Notes under the pieces: generated by a model
What the model saw: only the letters and a program-made list of their open reading frames with translations
Databases searched by the model: none
Told to the model about the DNA's origin: nothing
Program-made: the position numbers and the translations under genes
Part shown: positions 11,801-22,154 of the stretch, one piece after another
Numbering within the stretch: position 1 is the stretch's first letter
Layout of the letters: each line of letters starts with the position of its first letter
Assembly: GCA_050951805.1 (NCBI GenBank)
Contig: JBMNJT010000004.1
Location: forward strand, 106,120-170,119
Direction: 5' to 3'
Origin: Bacillota bacterium
Lineage (GTDB): Bacteria; Bacillota; DTU025
DNA: 64,000 bases

Positions 11801-12401
11801 ACGTTACCGCTGCCACAGCGCTTCGGTTCGGCTACAGTTCGTCTGCTTCGTCGATGTTGCATGCGATGCAAAACTCCGCAGTGTGATGAGGACCCTCTGA
11901 CGGTTGGCCATTCGACGGGCACTGCAACCGGATCATAATTCTCTTTGCCGTATTGCATAGAAAGGCCATTGATATAATAGTGTGTGCCGCTTCCCAGCTG
12001 GACGCCATGGGCAGAATCGATGTGGCCAGAGCAAAAGGAATGCCAAATGGGATGGCGAGTTGGCTCCCGATCATCCTATTTCCAAAGATCGGGATGGATG
12101 TCTCTTGGTCAAGCCCTGCGTCTTTTGGAATATCGTAGTCCTCACGGAATGGCGGGCTACGCGAATCTGCCCAAAAATAGTGAACGAGTCTGATCGTATT
12201 AGGAAAGTCAATGCCACAAAATGTTTCATGTGAAACATTTGACTATGCATTATGCACATAGATGTCCAGAAAACTCTGCTTTTCATGGCATAAACTCGGT
12301 CTGCTCCCGTCTGGCACCTGGGCGAGTTGTTGGCCTCAGCAAGGAGCTGAGGTCCGGACGCATATGCCCTTCTAACATGAGCGTTCGGGGACGCTGCACG
12401 G

Positions 12402-13122
12402 TCAGAACGACCAGTCTTCCCTGGCGAAGCCCCAGCCTGTCTTATCCATCTCCTTGAGGAATCTCGCCAGATAATCTGAAAGAGCTCCTATCATCTTCTC
12501 GCCTTGCTCCCGCGTATCCCCGGTCGCTTTGGTCCTGGAGATCTGGGGTATCGTGGTCTTGATGCTCACTTCAGCCGGGCTGGCCGGCCACTCGCCCCGT
12601 GCTGCATCCATATCAACCAGGTCAGGCACGATCGCCAGCCCTGCAGCTGTTTTGGCTTCGCCGGCGTGCCCAAGGCCGTTCTCTAGGCCAAAGGTTCCCG
12701 GCGGACACAGGCGCGGCCCCGATATCCACCAAGCGTACGACACTGCCGCCTTGGCTGAAGGATACTCTCGGCCAAGGCGTCTCAAGGCGATGTCGATGGC
12801 AGAGTTGTTCCCGCCATGGCCGTTTATGAGGAGAAAACGATCGATGCCTTGGACGATACAGGACTCCAGTAATTCGAAGACTACTTGGGAGAGGGTTTCA
12901 GGACGGAGACTTAAGTTAAAGGGATACGGCATCAGCGGTCCGTTCTGCTATGGCGTATGCGGCGTAGGTGTCCATGCCCATGGGAAGATGATAGCCGTGG
13001 CTCTCGGTTGCGCCGATAACAAGAATAGCTTTGTTGAAGTGGGATGCTTCGAACCTGTGCCGGTTGAGCTTTTCCAGTCTGAATTCGTTTACCTTTGACA
13101 TCTGCGCTGCCTCCTCAGTCAA
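12402..13122 (-). pseudogene. Creatininase-family amidohydrolase (creatinine amidohydrolase / MftE / ArfB-like fold) interrupted by a frameshift near 12925
   Basis: ORF 12916..13122 carries the N-terminal part (ILVIGATESHGYHLPMGMDTYAA) and ORF 12402..12932 the remainder (LLINGHGGN ...). The two frames overlap by 17 nt. The conserved His/Asp/Glu metal-ligand regions are present. Confidence 0.6.
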
Positions 13123-13954
13123 GCCTGGCCATGACCATTAACTCTATCTCATCCATCAAAAGAGGACGACGCCCCCAATTTCCTGCAGTGCCGCCCCAGA
13201 TGTGCTCCACGCTGAACCCCGTTATGTTCAGCATCAGCGTCAGCTCCATTGGGGTGAAGGCTTTCTCCCTTATCACGGAGGATAATATGTTTTCCGGCAG
13301 TTCGTTGCGGATGTCGTCGGCTATGAACGAGCCTATGGGATGGATTTGGCACAAGGCAATGTTGTCGAATCTTCCTGCGGCTACATCATCATCGCTGTAC
13401 ATGCGTATAGTCCTGAGGGCGTTGAGAGCAGTAAGAAGGAAGGGGCCCTTTGGAACCAGGGCTGAAGCGATGCCCCTCAATATGGAGATGTCGCGGTCTG
13501 CGGCGTTTTCGCCTGAGTTGAGGAGGCCGAAAGCTCCTTCGCACAAGCATATGCATGCATCGTAAGTGCGGTCCAATTTGAGCTCGGTGGCATCTTGGCG
13601 CAGCCACTTCACATCGACTCTCGCCTGTTCTGCTCTGCGGGCAGCCTCATGAAGCATTCCTTCGGATATGTCTACGCCAGTGACCTGATATCCCCGGTTG
13701 GCAAGTTCAACGCTATGCCGTCCGACACCGCAACCTACGTCGAGCACCGATGCGCCAGGCTCAAGGGCCATTATTTCTATTATGAAGTCAACCTCTCTGC
13801 AGGTGTTGAGGGTGAAAGGCTCGTCCATGTAATAGGGCGCATAGATGTCGAAGAAGCTTTTCCATTCACGGGTCGAATCGTGCTCAGGCAAAGCTATTCC
13901 TCCTCGCGTTATCTTTACCCTGTTTGTTCTGTGTGCGGAGGTCTCTTCCTGCAT
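13115..13954 (-). CDS. Class I SAM-dependent methyltransferase
   Basis: Motif I LDVGCGVGRHSVELANRGYQVTGVDISEGM and post-I acidic motifs. Confidence 0.75.
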   Translation of the reverse strand: MQEETSAHRTNRVKITRGGIALPEHDSTREWKSFFDIYAPYYMDEPFTLNTCREVDFIIEIMALEPGASVLDVGCGVGRHSVELANRGYQVTGVDISEGMLHEAARRAEQARVDVKWLRQDATELKLDRTYDACICLCEGAFGLLNSGENAADRDISILRGIASALVPKGPFLLTALNALRTIRMYSDDDVAAGRFDNIALCQIHPIGSFIADDIRNELPENILSSVIREKAFTPMELTLMLNITGFSVEHIWGGTAGNWGRRPLLMDEIELMVMARLD

Positions 13955-14283
13955 CGCCCTGACGATGTTGACACCGTTGTGCCAAGGGCAATCCGGGATT
14001 CCCCTGAGCTCGATGAGCAGCTAGCCGAGGCAACCGGGCGTTTTGAAAGGTGTATCGCCGTAGAGGTTTTATTAGAGTATGGAGTCAAGCTCGACAGAAA
14101 GTTGATCGGAACGAGAACCCTAGGGATAAGCGCGGCAAGGTTTGGTTTGATTGGGCCAGTGCCAGATGCGCCTGGGATGCTTCGTGGCCTCCGAGCTATG
14201 TGCCAGGCATAATCTCTCAGGCGTTTGCTGATGATCCGAAGTACTGTTGGCGCCTTCGGGCCGCTGTGCATCGACGGAGGAGG

Positions 14284-14306
14284 CCAGAGGCGGCAGCCGC
14301 CTCTGG
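14284..14306. terminator. Perfect 10-bp stem / 3-nt loop hairpin (ccagaggcgg cag ccgcctctgg) downstream of feoB
   Basis: Seen directly. Lies about 30 nt beyond the feoB stop on the minus strand, but has no strong U-tract. Confidence 0.35.
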
Positions 14307-14336
14307 CTCGGTTACGAGCATAGCATAACGAACTGC

Positions 14337-16457
14337 TCAGGCCAGCCCAAAAAGGCGACCCACTTGATAGATTATGACTGCAAGCGTCCACCCGAGCACG
14401 AGAGTATATGCCACGGCGAAAGCCGTCCATCGCCGAGAACCTGTCTCCCTGCGTATGGCCGCAATCGTGGCTGTGCACGGTATGTATGTGAGGGCCATAA
14501 CCATGAATGAATAGGCCGCGAGCGGGGTCCAGCTGGCTCTGATCGCAGCGATGAGTCCCGCTTCCCCTGTTGTGCCGTAGAGGACTCCCAGGGTGCCGAC
14601 GATGAGCTCCTTGGCTATCACCCCAAAGAGCAAGGCCGCTGCTGCTTGCCATTGGCCGAAGCCTGCGGGGGCAAGAATGGGAGCTATTGCCTTTCCAATT
14701 CTCCCTATCAGCGAATCCGGGCTGCCGGGATCGACGCCTGGCGGCAGATTGGACAATGCCCATACCAGGACGACTGAGAGCAGGATGACTGTGCCTGCCT
14801 TCTCCAGGAATTCCTTTCCCCTTTCCCACGTCTGAATCAGGACCCCGGATATTCTCGGCATGCGATACGGCGGCAGTTCAAGGACGAATGTGGCCTCGTC
14901 ATCCGGTTCCACAAATAGGCTCAATACCTTGGCAACGATGAAAGCTAGCACAACTCCGAGGGCGTACAAGGAGAAGACAACCAGTCCGCGGCGGCTTTCG
15001 AAGAAAGCTGTGGCGAACAGTACGTACACAGGTAGACGCGCTGCGCAGGATATTAGAGGGTTAATCAATATGGATATAAGGCGGTCGCGCTTGCTGTCCA
15101 GGCTTCTGGTGGCCAGAATGCCCGTGACGTTGCATCCGAACCCGAGGATCATCGGGATGAAGGCTTTCCCGTGAAGCCCGACTGACCGCATCAGCCTGTC
15201 TGATAGCACTGCAGCCCTTGCCATGTAGCCCACGTCTTCAAGAAGTGAGATCATCAAAAAAAGCATGAATATTGGCGGTGCGAACTCCAATACGGCCCCT
15301 AGTCCCCCGACTACGCCTTCTACGAGCAAGCCAATAACGATATTGGGTGTTCCCGCCGCTTCCAGAGAACCTGCAAGCCAGGTGCCGAATGTTGCAAATA
15401 AGCCGCTGAGTGCGTCTGCAATTGGCTCGCTGAGGGTAAATGTTATCTGAAACATTAGCCATACTACGACGAAGAATATGGGATATGCGAGCCACGGATG
15501 GAGCACGAACTTGTCGATACGCTGCGTAGGAGTGATCTCGGCGTCATCTGGGCGTGAGACTATGACGGACGCGGAGATGCTTGCCGCAAGTTCGTAGCGC
15601 TTTTCGGCAATCAAGTCCACAGCTTCACGGCCTGCTGCCTTCTTTACGCGCGCGCAGGCCTCCTCTGCTGCGACTTCGAGTTCGGCAATTAGCTTTCCAT
15701 AGGCCGTGTTGGCCTGTTCATTCGCTGAATTCCTGATTTCCTGCAAAATGTCGGCGTCTTTTTCAAGCAGCTTTATGGCCAGCCACCGCGCAGATCGTCT
15801 ACGGCAGAGATCCGGGACGCCGGCAAGTGCCTGCTCGAGCAGGGCAATTTCCTTCTCCAAAATGGGGCCGTAGTCTATCCAGTATGAAGGCGTTCCGGCA
15901 TCGGCGGGTTTTTCTACATCTTCGAGGCCTTCAGCCCCGGCGACCGCATTGGCAGTCTTGAGGGCGAGATCGACTAGTTCCTCGACTCCTCTTCCATGAA
16001 CGGCAGCTGTGGGCACGACCCCGACTCCGAGGTGGTTCGACAGCTCATCTATGTCTATATCGAGGCCGAGCTCTTCAGCCTCGTCTATCATGTTCAGTGC
16101 CACAATGGTGGGCACGCCCATCTCCAGCATCTGAAGGGTTAGGTAGAGGTTTCTTTCGAGATTCGTAGCGTCAACGACGTTTATTGCCACGTCTGGGTGC
16201 TCGTGCATGATGAAGTTACGGGCAATTACCTCATCCAGCGCTCGCGAGCTGAAAGCGTAAGTACCCGGCAGGTCCACGACTAATGCTGAGGTGTCGCCTC
16301 TTGTCAATGTGCCCTCTTTTCGCTCTACTGTGACTCCGGGCCAATTGCCCACGTGTTGTCTTGACCCTGTCATTGCATTGAAAAGGGCTGTCTTCCCTGA
16401 GTTGGGGTTGCCCGCAATTGCTATGACAGGCCTAGAGTGTGCACTTGAATGGTTCAT
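14337..16457 (-). CDS. feoB: Ferrous iron transporter FeoB (N-terminal GTPase plus polytopic membrane domain)
   Basis: G1 motif GNPNSGKT, G-domain motifs, then a long hydrophobic permease region. 706 aa is typical of FeoB. Confidence 0.9.
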   Translation of the reverse strand: MNHSSAHSRPVIAIAGNPNSGKTALFNAMTGSRQHVGNWPGVTVERKEGTLTRGDTSALVVDLPGTYAFSSRALDEVIARNFIMHEHPDVAINVVDATNLERNLYLTLQMLEMGVPTIVALNMIDEAEELGLDIDIDELSNHLGVGVVPTAAVHGRGVEELVDLALKTANAVAGAEGLEDVEKPADAGTPSYWIDYGPILEKEIALLEQALAGVPDLCRRRSARWLAIKLLEKDADILQEIRNSANEQANTAYGKLIAELEVAAEEACARVKKAAGREAVDLIAEKRYELAASISASVIVSRPDDAEITPTQRIDKFVLHPWLAYPIFFVVVWLMFQITFTLSEPIADALSGLFATFGTWLAGSLEAAGTPNIVIGLLVEGVVGGLGAVLEFAPPIFMLFLMISLLEDVGYMARAAVLSDRLMRSVGLHGKAFIPMILGFGCNVTGILATRSLDSKRDRLISILINPLISCAARLPVYVLFATAFFESRRGLVVFSLYALGVVLAFIVAKVLSLFVEPDDEATFVLELPPYRMPRISGVLIQTWERGKEFLEKAGTVILLSVVLVWALSNLPPGVDPGSPDSLIGRIGKAIAPILAPAGFGQWQAAAALLFGVIAKELIVGTLGVLYGTTGEAGLIAAIRASWTPLAAYSFMVMALTYIPCTATIAAIRRETGSRRWTAFAVAYTLVLGWTLAVIIYQVGRLFGLA

Positions 16458-16584
16458 CTCATTGTGCCTCCGTAGATGATTCGTGTAAATAATGTATAAA
16501 GCCTAAAAGACGCATAATAGTTACCAACGCCTAACTTTTGGTCCAAAAAGAGTGCGCCCAATGGACGCCCGTGCGAGTATTTCT

Positions 16585-16977
16585 CTATTCAGTGCAATCT
16601 GCTTTCCTGTGTTGATGGCGCCCGCTTTCCCGCAGGCATTTATCGCCTGAGGCCGCCACCTGTCCATGTCTGTGGCGTCGACGGAACGGCCCGTGATTTT
16701 CCAGCTTGCATGCTTCCGAGCAGGGCCTGTCAGCACACGGTATGACGGATATGCCTGCCGCTTCGCCTCTTCGCAGACCGAGGCGGCAGCCGCGGGCACA
16801 CACTATCAGGGGATCTCCGAAGGGCGCTGTCCCTTCTATGCAGACTTCTGTTCCAGGGGTCAAGCCCATATCCATCAACCGTCTCCTGAGTGGTCCCTCA
16901 CAATCTATGCTCAGGATTGTTCCCCGATCGCCCGGATTGAGTTGGCTGAGGGATATTGCTCCGTTAGCATCGCTCAT
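16585..16977 (-). CDS. feoA: FeoA-domain protein with an unusual Arg/His-rich C-terminal tail of about 50 aa
   Basis: The SH3-like FeoA core (LSQLNPGDRGTILSI ... GLTPGTEVCIEGTAPFGDPLIVCARGCRLGLRRGEAAGISV) is clear. The extra tail could be genuine or a read-through caused by a frameshift. Confidence 0.6.
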   Translation of the reverse strand: MSDANGAISLSQLNPGDRGTILSIDCEGPLRRRLMDMGLTPGTEVCIEGTAPFGDPLIVCARGCRLGLRRGEAAGISVIPCADRPCSEACKLENHGPFRRRHRHGQVAASGDKCLRESGRHQHRKADCTE

Positions 16978-17363
16978 TCCGCGTCTCTCCTCTCCATGAA
17001 TTCAACTAGTCCGTTCATTGTGTCTTTGCTGACTACATGCTCTATCTGGCACGCATCTTCTTCTGCTATGTGTTCGGCCACGCCTAGCACCGATACGAGA
17101 AAGGCTTTGATGGTGTGGTGGCGCCTGGACACGGCTCGAGCCTGTTCGTCCCCGGAGTCTGTGAGAAAGACTGGACCGTACTTTTCGCGCTCAATTAGGC
17201 CGCGATCGACCAAAAGCCCCATTGCCTGATTGACGCTGGCTTTCGATACGCCGAGCTTATCAGCTATATCGGTGGTACGGGCAGCACCGCTTTCGTCCGC
17301 CACTTCCAGCACGGCTTCGAGGTAATCTTCGAGCGACGGCGATATTGGCGTTGAGTTCTTCAC
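16974..17363 (-). CDS. DtxR/MntR-family metal-dependent transcriptional repressor
   Basis: The N-terminal HTH (TTDIADKLGVSKASVNQAMGLLVDRGLIERE) and metal-binding helix are typical of IdeR/DtxR/MntR. Its stop overlaps the feoA start by 4 nt, so this is a dtxR-feoA-feoB operon. Confidence 0.8.
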   Translation of the reverse strand: MKNSTPISPSLEDYLEAVLEVADESGAARTTDIADKLGVSKASVNQAMGLLVDRGLIEREKYGPVFLTDSGDEQARAVSRRHHTIKAFLVSVLGVAEHIAEEDACQIEHVVSKDTMNGLVEFMERRDAE

Positions 17364-17915
17364 TTCTTTCTCCCACCTTCATACTGAGGCGGCCGATCTG
17401 GATCAGCCGAAAGCTAAGTAAGGCATGACTAACTTGCCCTGATAAGAATCTATGCCATTTTTCAGGAGATGTCAAGAGCTTTCTGACGCGTATTGACATG
17501 TACGTGCCGTAGCGGGAAAATAATTATGGACATATGACCAATATGCAACGATATAATCTACCCGTCTCGACTGGCCTTTATCAACTCTATCCAGGTGCGA
17601 TACGTCCTGGGACGGGAAGGCAGTTTGAAGGACTCATGTGCGTTCAGTGCAGGTTAGCCATAGTCAATTGCGTGCTCAGGGGATGGGTGTAGATGGGATG
17701 AGAGGGCACCTGGTTGTCTCTTTGCAAGTTGCAGTTGAGCCTGGGGCTTTCCTTTGTAGCCTTAAAACATCGCCTTGGGCGACTATATCGCACGCGGGCC
17801 CTAACCCTAAGGAACGTGAATTTCAGGATCCCGCAATATTCGATTGTAAGCGGCTCAGATTGCTGTTGCGCCGATTGAAGAAAACTTGAAAGATCTCTGA
17901 CTAGGAGCTGATATT

Positions 17916-18404
17916 ATGCCGAGGCCTCCAAAATGCAGAAGAGTCGAGTTCATGCCCGAAGTGACTGTCTTCAAGCCTGCTGGCGTTCGATTGGCGGAGA
18001 TGGAAGAGGAGATCCTCCTCCTGGAAGAACTGGAGGCTCTGCGCCTCAAGGATGTTGAAGGGCTAGAGCAAGAGGAGTGCGCCGATAGGATGCAAGTGTC
18101 CCGGCCTACATTCCAGAGGGTGCTCTCTTCAGCCAGGGAGAAGGTGGCCCGGGCGCTGGTCGAAGGTAAGGCTATCCGGATCGAAGGCGGAACCTACCGT
18201 CTTGCTGCGCGGAAGCTGCGGTGCGAGGATTGCAGTTATGAGTTCGAGGCACCCGTTGCCATGTATCGCCAAGGCGCCGGAGCGGCTTGCCCTAGGTGCG
18301 GTGCGCGTCATGGGCGACGTAACGACGGGGACCAGACAGCAGGCGGCATGATGCACCACGGGCGCTGTGGCAGGGGGTGGAGGAATACCGAAGGCGACGA
18401 ATAG
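17916..18404 (+). CDS. DUF134/UPF0251-family predicted DNA-binding protein (sigma-70 region-4-like HTH) with a C-terminal CxxC...CxxC zinc ribbon
   Basis: MPRPPKCRRV ... LEALRLKDVEGLEQEECADRMQVSRPTFQRVL is characteristic of DUF134. CEDC...CPRCG forms the zinc ribbon. Confidence 0.7.
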   Translation: MPRPPKCRRVEFMPEVTVFKPAGVRLAEMEEEILLLEELEALRLKDVEGLEQEECADRMQVSRPTFQRVLSSAREKVARALVEGKAIRIEGGTYRLAARKLRCEDCSYEFEAPVAMYRQGAGAACPRCGARHGRRNDGDQTAGGMMHHGRCGRGWRNTEGDE

Positions 18405-18527
18405 AGGTTAAAGCTTCAAGGTGCATCCAAAGCGGCCACATGCCAGGCAACTGACCTTTACACCTTGCCAAAAACCTTTGCTTGTTTCGCCGGGGCCAAA
18501 TGAGGCAACCAGAGTATACGGGGGGCG

Positions 18528-19502
18528 TTGAGTTTGAAATACATCTTTGGTCCAGTTCCCTCAAGACGGCTGTGCCGTTCGTTGGGGGTCGACTTGATTC
18601 CGTACAAGCATTGTTCCTTCGACTGCATCTATTGCCAGCTCGGCGCGACCGTCCACAAGAGGGCGGAGCGCCAGCAATTCGTCGAGACAGGCGAGGTCAT
18701 CGCCGAGCTCGAGTCGGCTTTGCCCTGTGTGGAAGCCGACTACGTCACTTTGTCGGGGTCGGGCGAACCCACCCTATGCTTGGGGATAGGGGAGCTGATC
18801 GAGGGGATAAAGGAATTGACAGAGATTCCTGTGGCGGTTCTGACCAATAGCTCGCTCATGTCATGTGCTGAGGTCCGAAAAGAGCTCCTTGGCGCGGACC
18901 TTGTGATTCCTTCTGTTGATGCCGCAACGCAAGACGTTTTTGAAAGGATAAACCGCCCATGCTCCGGATTGAGAATCGAGGACATCCTCTGCGGCTTGGA
19001 GGAGTTCTCGTATGAGTACTCGGGGAAGCTTTGGATAGAAGTGATGATGGTCAGGGACATAAACGACAGTGATGATGAAATCGACAAGATAGCCTCTGCC
19101 CTAACACGCATAAGGTGTGAAAAGATCCAGCTCAATACGGTGGAAAGGCCTCCCGCCGAATCCTTTGCCCGCGCACTGACACAGGGGGCGCTGGAAAAAG
19201 CGAGAAGACGGTTTGACGATCGGGCGGAGTTGATCGTGGCGTCCGGGATTTATCAGGACGCTGATGGGTCTTTTCATAGCCCAGCCGGGGCCGGGCTGGG
19301 GGCGCCCGGGATCGAAGCGGACTGTGGGCGGGTGCTTGAGCTCCTCAAGAGACGGCCGTGCACCGTCAGGGACATAGCCGAAGGGCTCGATCTCAACATC
19401 AATGAGGCCGCTAAGTTTGTGGGGATTCTCAAGGGAGAAGGACTTATCTGCGCCATCCGCCGAGAAGGACGGGCCTATTTCTTCGCCAACGATGGAAACT
19501 GA
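18528..19502 (+). CDS. Radical SAM protein (COG0731-like) with a C-terminal winged-helix domain; TTG start
   Basis: The CSFDCIYC motif (CxxxCxxC) follows FGPVPSRRLCRSLGVDL. The C-terminus ...VGILKGEGLICAIRREGRAYFF is wHTH-like. Confidence 0.75.
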   Translation: MSLKYIFGPVPSRRLCRSLGVDLIPYKHCSFDCIYCQLGATVHKRAERQQFVETGEVIAELESALPCVEADYVTLSGSGEPTLCLGIGELIEGIKELTEIPVAVLTNSSLMSCAEVRKELLGADLVIPSVDAATQDVFERINRPCSGLRIEDILCGLEEFSYEYSGKLWIEVMMVRDINDSDDEIDKIASALTRIRCEKIQLNTVERPPAESFARALTQGALEKARRRFDDRAELIVASGIYQDADGSFHSPAGAGLGAPGIEADCGRVLELLKRRPCTVRDIAEGLDLNINEAAKFVGILKGEGLICAIRREGRAYFFANDGN

Positions 19503-19714
19503 ACCATTGCGGGCACATTTCTGCGCTCAGATTATTGACATATGCTCATAACCACGGGTATACTGATAATGAACATATGCCCATAACCCTACAACAGCAA
19601 TTGATGGCGTCAAGCCAAGCACGTATTCAATCCAACCGGAGGATGGGCATATGAAAAAGCCGTGGAGGTAGTCGTTCGATCAAACCCCAAGGCTTTGGAG
19701 AGGAGGTGCTTTAC

Positions 19715-20125
19715 ATGCCGAGAGGAGATGGAAGAGGACCAACTGGTTTCGGTCCTATGACAGGCAGGGGCGCAGGCTTCTGCACCGGATATGATGTTCC
19801 TGGATATGCTAATCCCGCAATGGGCAGGGGGCCGGGATTTGGACGCGCTCCGCGCTGTTATGGGGGAGGCGGATTCGGACGAGGGTACAGAAGGATGTAC
19901 TACGCGACGGGACTGCCGAGATGGATGCGTTCTGGAGCAGGGGCATGGGGTCAGGCCGCGTACGGGCCTGCTTACAGCCCTTACGCCCAAGAGGCCATGA
20001 GGCCGTCGAAAGAACAGGAGATAGGCTATCTAAAACGACAGTCAGAGTTTCTCATGGAGGAGCTCGAGGCCGTCCGGGGGCGTCTGAGCGAGCTTTCTGG
20101 TTCCCAAGAGTACGATGAAGGCTAG
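19715..20125 (+). CDS. DUF5320-family Gly/Arg-rich protein with a C-terminal coiled coil
   Basis: AGGAGGTG RBS 6 nt upstream of ATG. The sequence MPRGDGRGPTGFGPMTGRGAGFCTGY is the DUF5320 signature, which commonly neighbours NifX-like genes in anaerobes. Confidence 0.65.
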   Translation: MPRGDGRGPTGFGPMTGRGAGFCTGYDVPGYANPAMGRGPGFGRAPRCYGGGGFGRGYRRMYYATGLPRWMRSGAGAWGQAAYGPAYSPYAQEAMRPSKEQEIGYLKRQSEFLMEELEAVRGRLSELSGSQEYDEG

Positions 20126-20249
20126 TCCTTCGAGGCGAAGGGGTGAGAGAGGTCGGATTTGAGCGTCCTTCGGCTCCTTCGCCGGCCAGCAATCGACCTG
20201 TACCGAGGATAGTGGACAAAGTTGCCGGAGGTTAAGGGGAGATGGTAGT

Positions 20250-20636
20250 TTGAAGCTAGCAGTAACGGCGCAGGGAACCAGCCTCTCAGCCGGGTTGGAC
20301 CCGCGTTTCGGCAGGTGCGAACATTTTGTGATCATAGACGTCGATACCGAGGAATTCGAAGCATTCTCCAACGAGAGCGTTATGGCGTCAGGCGGAGCGG
20401 GAACTGAAAGCGCCCAGTTTCTTGCTGACAAGGGCGCAGAGGCGGTCGTTACCGGAAATGTTGGTCCCAATGCAGCGATGGCTCTGGAAGCCGCGGGCAT
20501 AAAGGTCTACAGAATGTCTTCCGGGACAGTGAAGGACGCTTTGGAGGCTTTTAAGTCAGGGACGCTCGAGGCAATTTCCGGACCTACAGTCAATTCCCAT
20601 CATGGAATGGGCGGGCATGGCCGCGGGGGTCGCTAG
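20250..20636 (+). CDS. Dinitrogenase FeMo-cofactor-binding-domain protein (NifX/NafY-like, PF02579) 1
   Basis: MKLAVTAQG ... GRCEHFVIIDVD ... GAEAVVTGNVGPNAAMALEAAGIKVY matches the NifX/NifB-C-terminal fold. Confidence 0.75.
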   Translation: MKLAVTAQGTSLSAGLDPRFGRCEHFVIIDVDTEEFEAFSNESVMASGGAGTESAQFLADKGAEAVVTGNVGPNAAMALEAAGIKVYRMSSGTVKDALEAFKSGTLEAISGPTVNSHHGMGGHGRGGR

Positions 20637-20749
20637 GCTCAAGGGCTGGGCCAGCTGGCAAGTGGGGCAGACCCCGTCGGCGCAAACGGAGCTTCCCACG
20701 ATAGGATCGAGCAGAATTGGTCTTTTCACATTTAAGGGGGTAACCATAG

Positions 20750-21157
20750 ATGAAGATTGCTGTGGCAACTGACGGTTCCACCGTCTCGCCTCATTTCGGG
20801 CATTGCTCTGAATTCACCATAGTCACAGTGGAAAACGGCAAGGCCGTCGATTCGGCCATTCTTCCAAACCCCGAGCATCAACCCGATTTTCTCCCTCAGT
20901 ACCTTTCTGAACACGGAGTTTCATGCATCATCGCAGGCGGAATGGGTCCAAGGGCCCAGCAACACTTTGCTGCTAGGGGCATTAAGACCGTGATAGGAGC
21001 GTCCGGGAGTGTGGACGATGTCGTCCACGCGTATCTTGCGGGATCTCTTGAGGTGGGCGAGAGCGCTTGCGATCACGGCCACGGACATGAGCAGCACGGT
21101 GAATGCGGACACGGGGAAAACGGGGGAACCCATAGGCGCGGCTGCGGCCACAACTAG
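20750..21157 (+). CDS. NifX/NafY-like FeMo-cofactor-binding-domain protein 2 with a His/Gly-rich tail
   Basis: MKIAVATDGSTVSPHFGHCSEFTIVTV ... VSCIIAGGMGPRAQQHFAARGIKTV, followed by HGHGHEQHGECGHG. Confidence 0.75.
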   Translation: MKIAVATDGSTVSPHFGHCSEFTIVTVENGKAVDSAILPNPEHQPDFLPQYLSEHGVSCIIAGGMGPRAQQHFAARGIKTVIGASGSVDDVVHAYLAGSLEVGESACDHGHGHEQHGECGHGENGGTHRRGCGHN

Positions 21158-21228
21158 CGGGGGATTGGCGGGCAGGCCCGTTAGAGCCTGCCTGTTTTTG
21201 GAAGGACAAAATACGCGAAGTTGGGGCA

Positions 21229-22154
21229 TGCACGATGAATGGTGGCGATGGAATGTGATTGTTTCAATAGCGAGCGGCAAAGGAGGAACGGGCAAGACTA
21301 CTGTCGCGGTCAACTTGGCGTTGGCCTTGGAGGGGGCTATGCCGATACGCTTTTTGGACTGCGATGTTGAGGAGCCCAATGCCCATCTTTTCCTCCATCC
21401 CGAAATCGAGCGCTCCGAAAAAGTAAGTTTGCCAGTTCCGGTTGTGGACGAGAGCAAGTGTAACGGATGCGGAAAATGCGCCCGGGTGTGCGCTTTCCAT
21501 GCGATCCTTGCCTTCAGCTCCCGGACGATCGTCCTGCCCGAGCTCTGTCATGGATGCGGGGGGTGTGCGCTTCTTTGCCCGCAGGGGGCGATAACGGAGA
21601 GCCCGAAGGTGATCGGGGAAGTGGAGACGGGGCGCGCAGGAGATATCAGGTTTGCCCATGGACGGACAGGGATCGGAAGCCCTCTGGCACCGCCTGTGGT
21701 GAAAGCGGTGAGGGAGGCGTTGGACAAGGAAGGCCTAGGGGCCGGGTTGACGATCATAGACGCGCCCCCCGGGACGTCCTGTCCGGTTGTGGCTTCGATC
21801 AAGGGCAGCGATTACTGCGTGCTGGTGACGGAGCCTACGCCCTTCGGCCTCAACGATCTTGGGCTGGCCGTTGGACTGGTTCGGGAGCTAGGCATACCCT
21901 GCGGCGTAGTGATTAACAGGGCCGGGTTGGGGGATGAGGCCGTTTCAGCCTATTGCAGCCGCGAGGGCATCCCTGTGTTGCTTGAAATACCATACGACAG
22001 GAAGTACGCCGAATGCTACGCTAAGGGCGGAAGGCTTGTGGATGACTTTCCAGAGCTCCGAGGCGCTTTGAAGGGGTTGTGGCGCAAGATCAGTGCGAGC
22101 GGCGAATCTGGCGCAGAGGGAGAGGATGGGCGAAGGGAGATGGGTGAGATATGA
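21229..22154 (+). CDS. MinD/ParA-superfamily P-loop ATPase with an inserted 2x[4Fe-4S] ferredoxin domain (COG1149-like) 1; start uncertain (ATG 21229 or GTG 21254)
   Basis: Deviant Walker A SGKGGTGKTT, then CNGCGKCARVC and CHGCGGCALLCP cysteine clusters. Confidence 0.75.

Noticed and set aside
13595-14829. ORFs 13595..14212 (+), 13915..14829 (-) and 14050..14510 (+)
   Set aside because: They overlap the SAM methyltransferase and the feoB 3' end in other frames and strands, and their translations are Arg/Ser/Pro-rich with no motifs. These are spurious GC-rich-frame ORFs.
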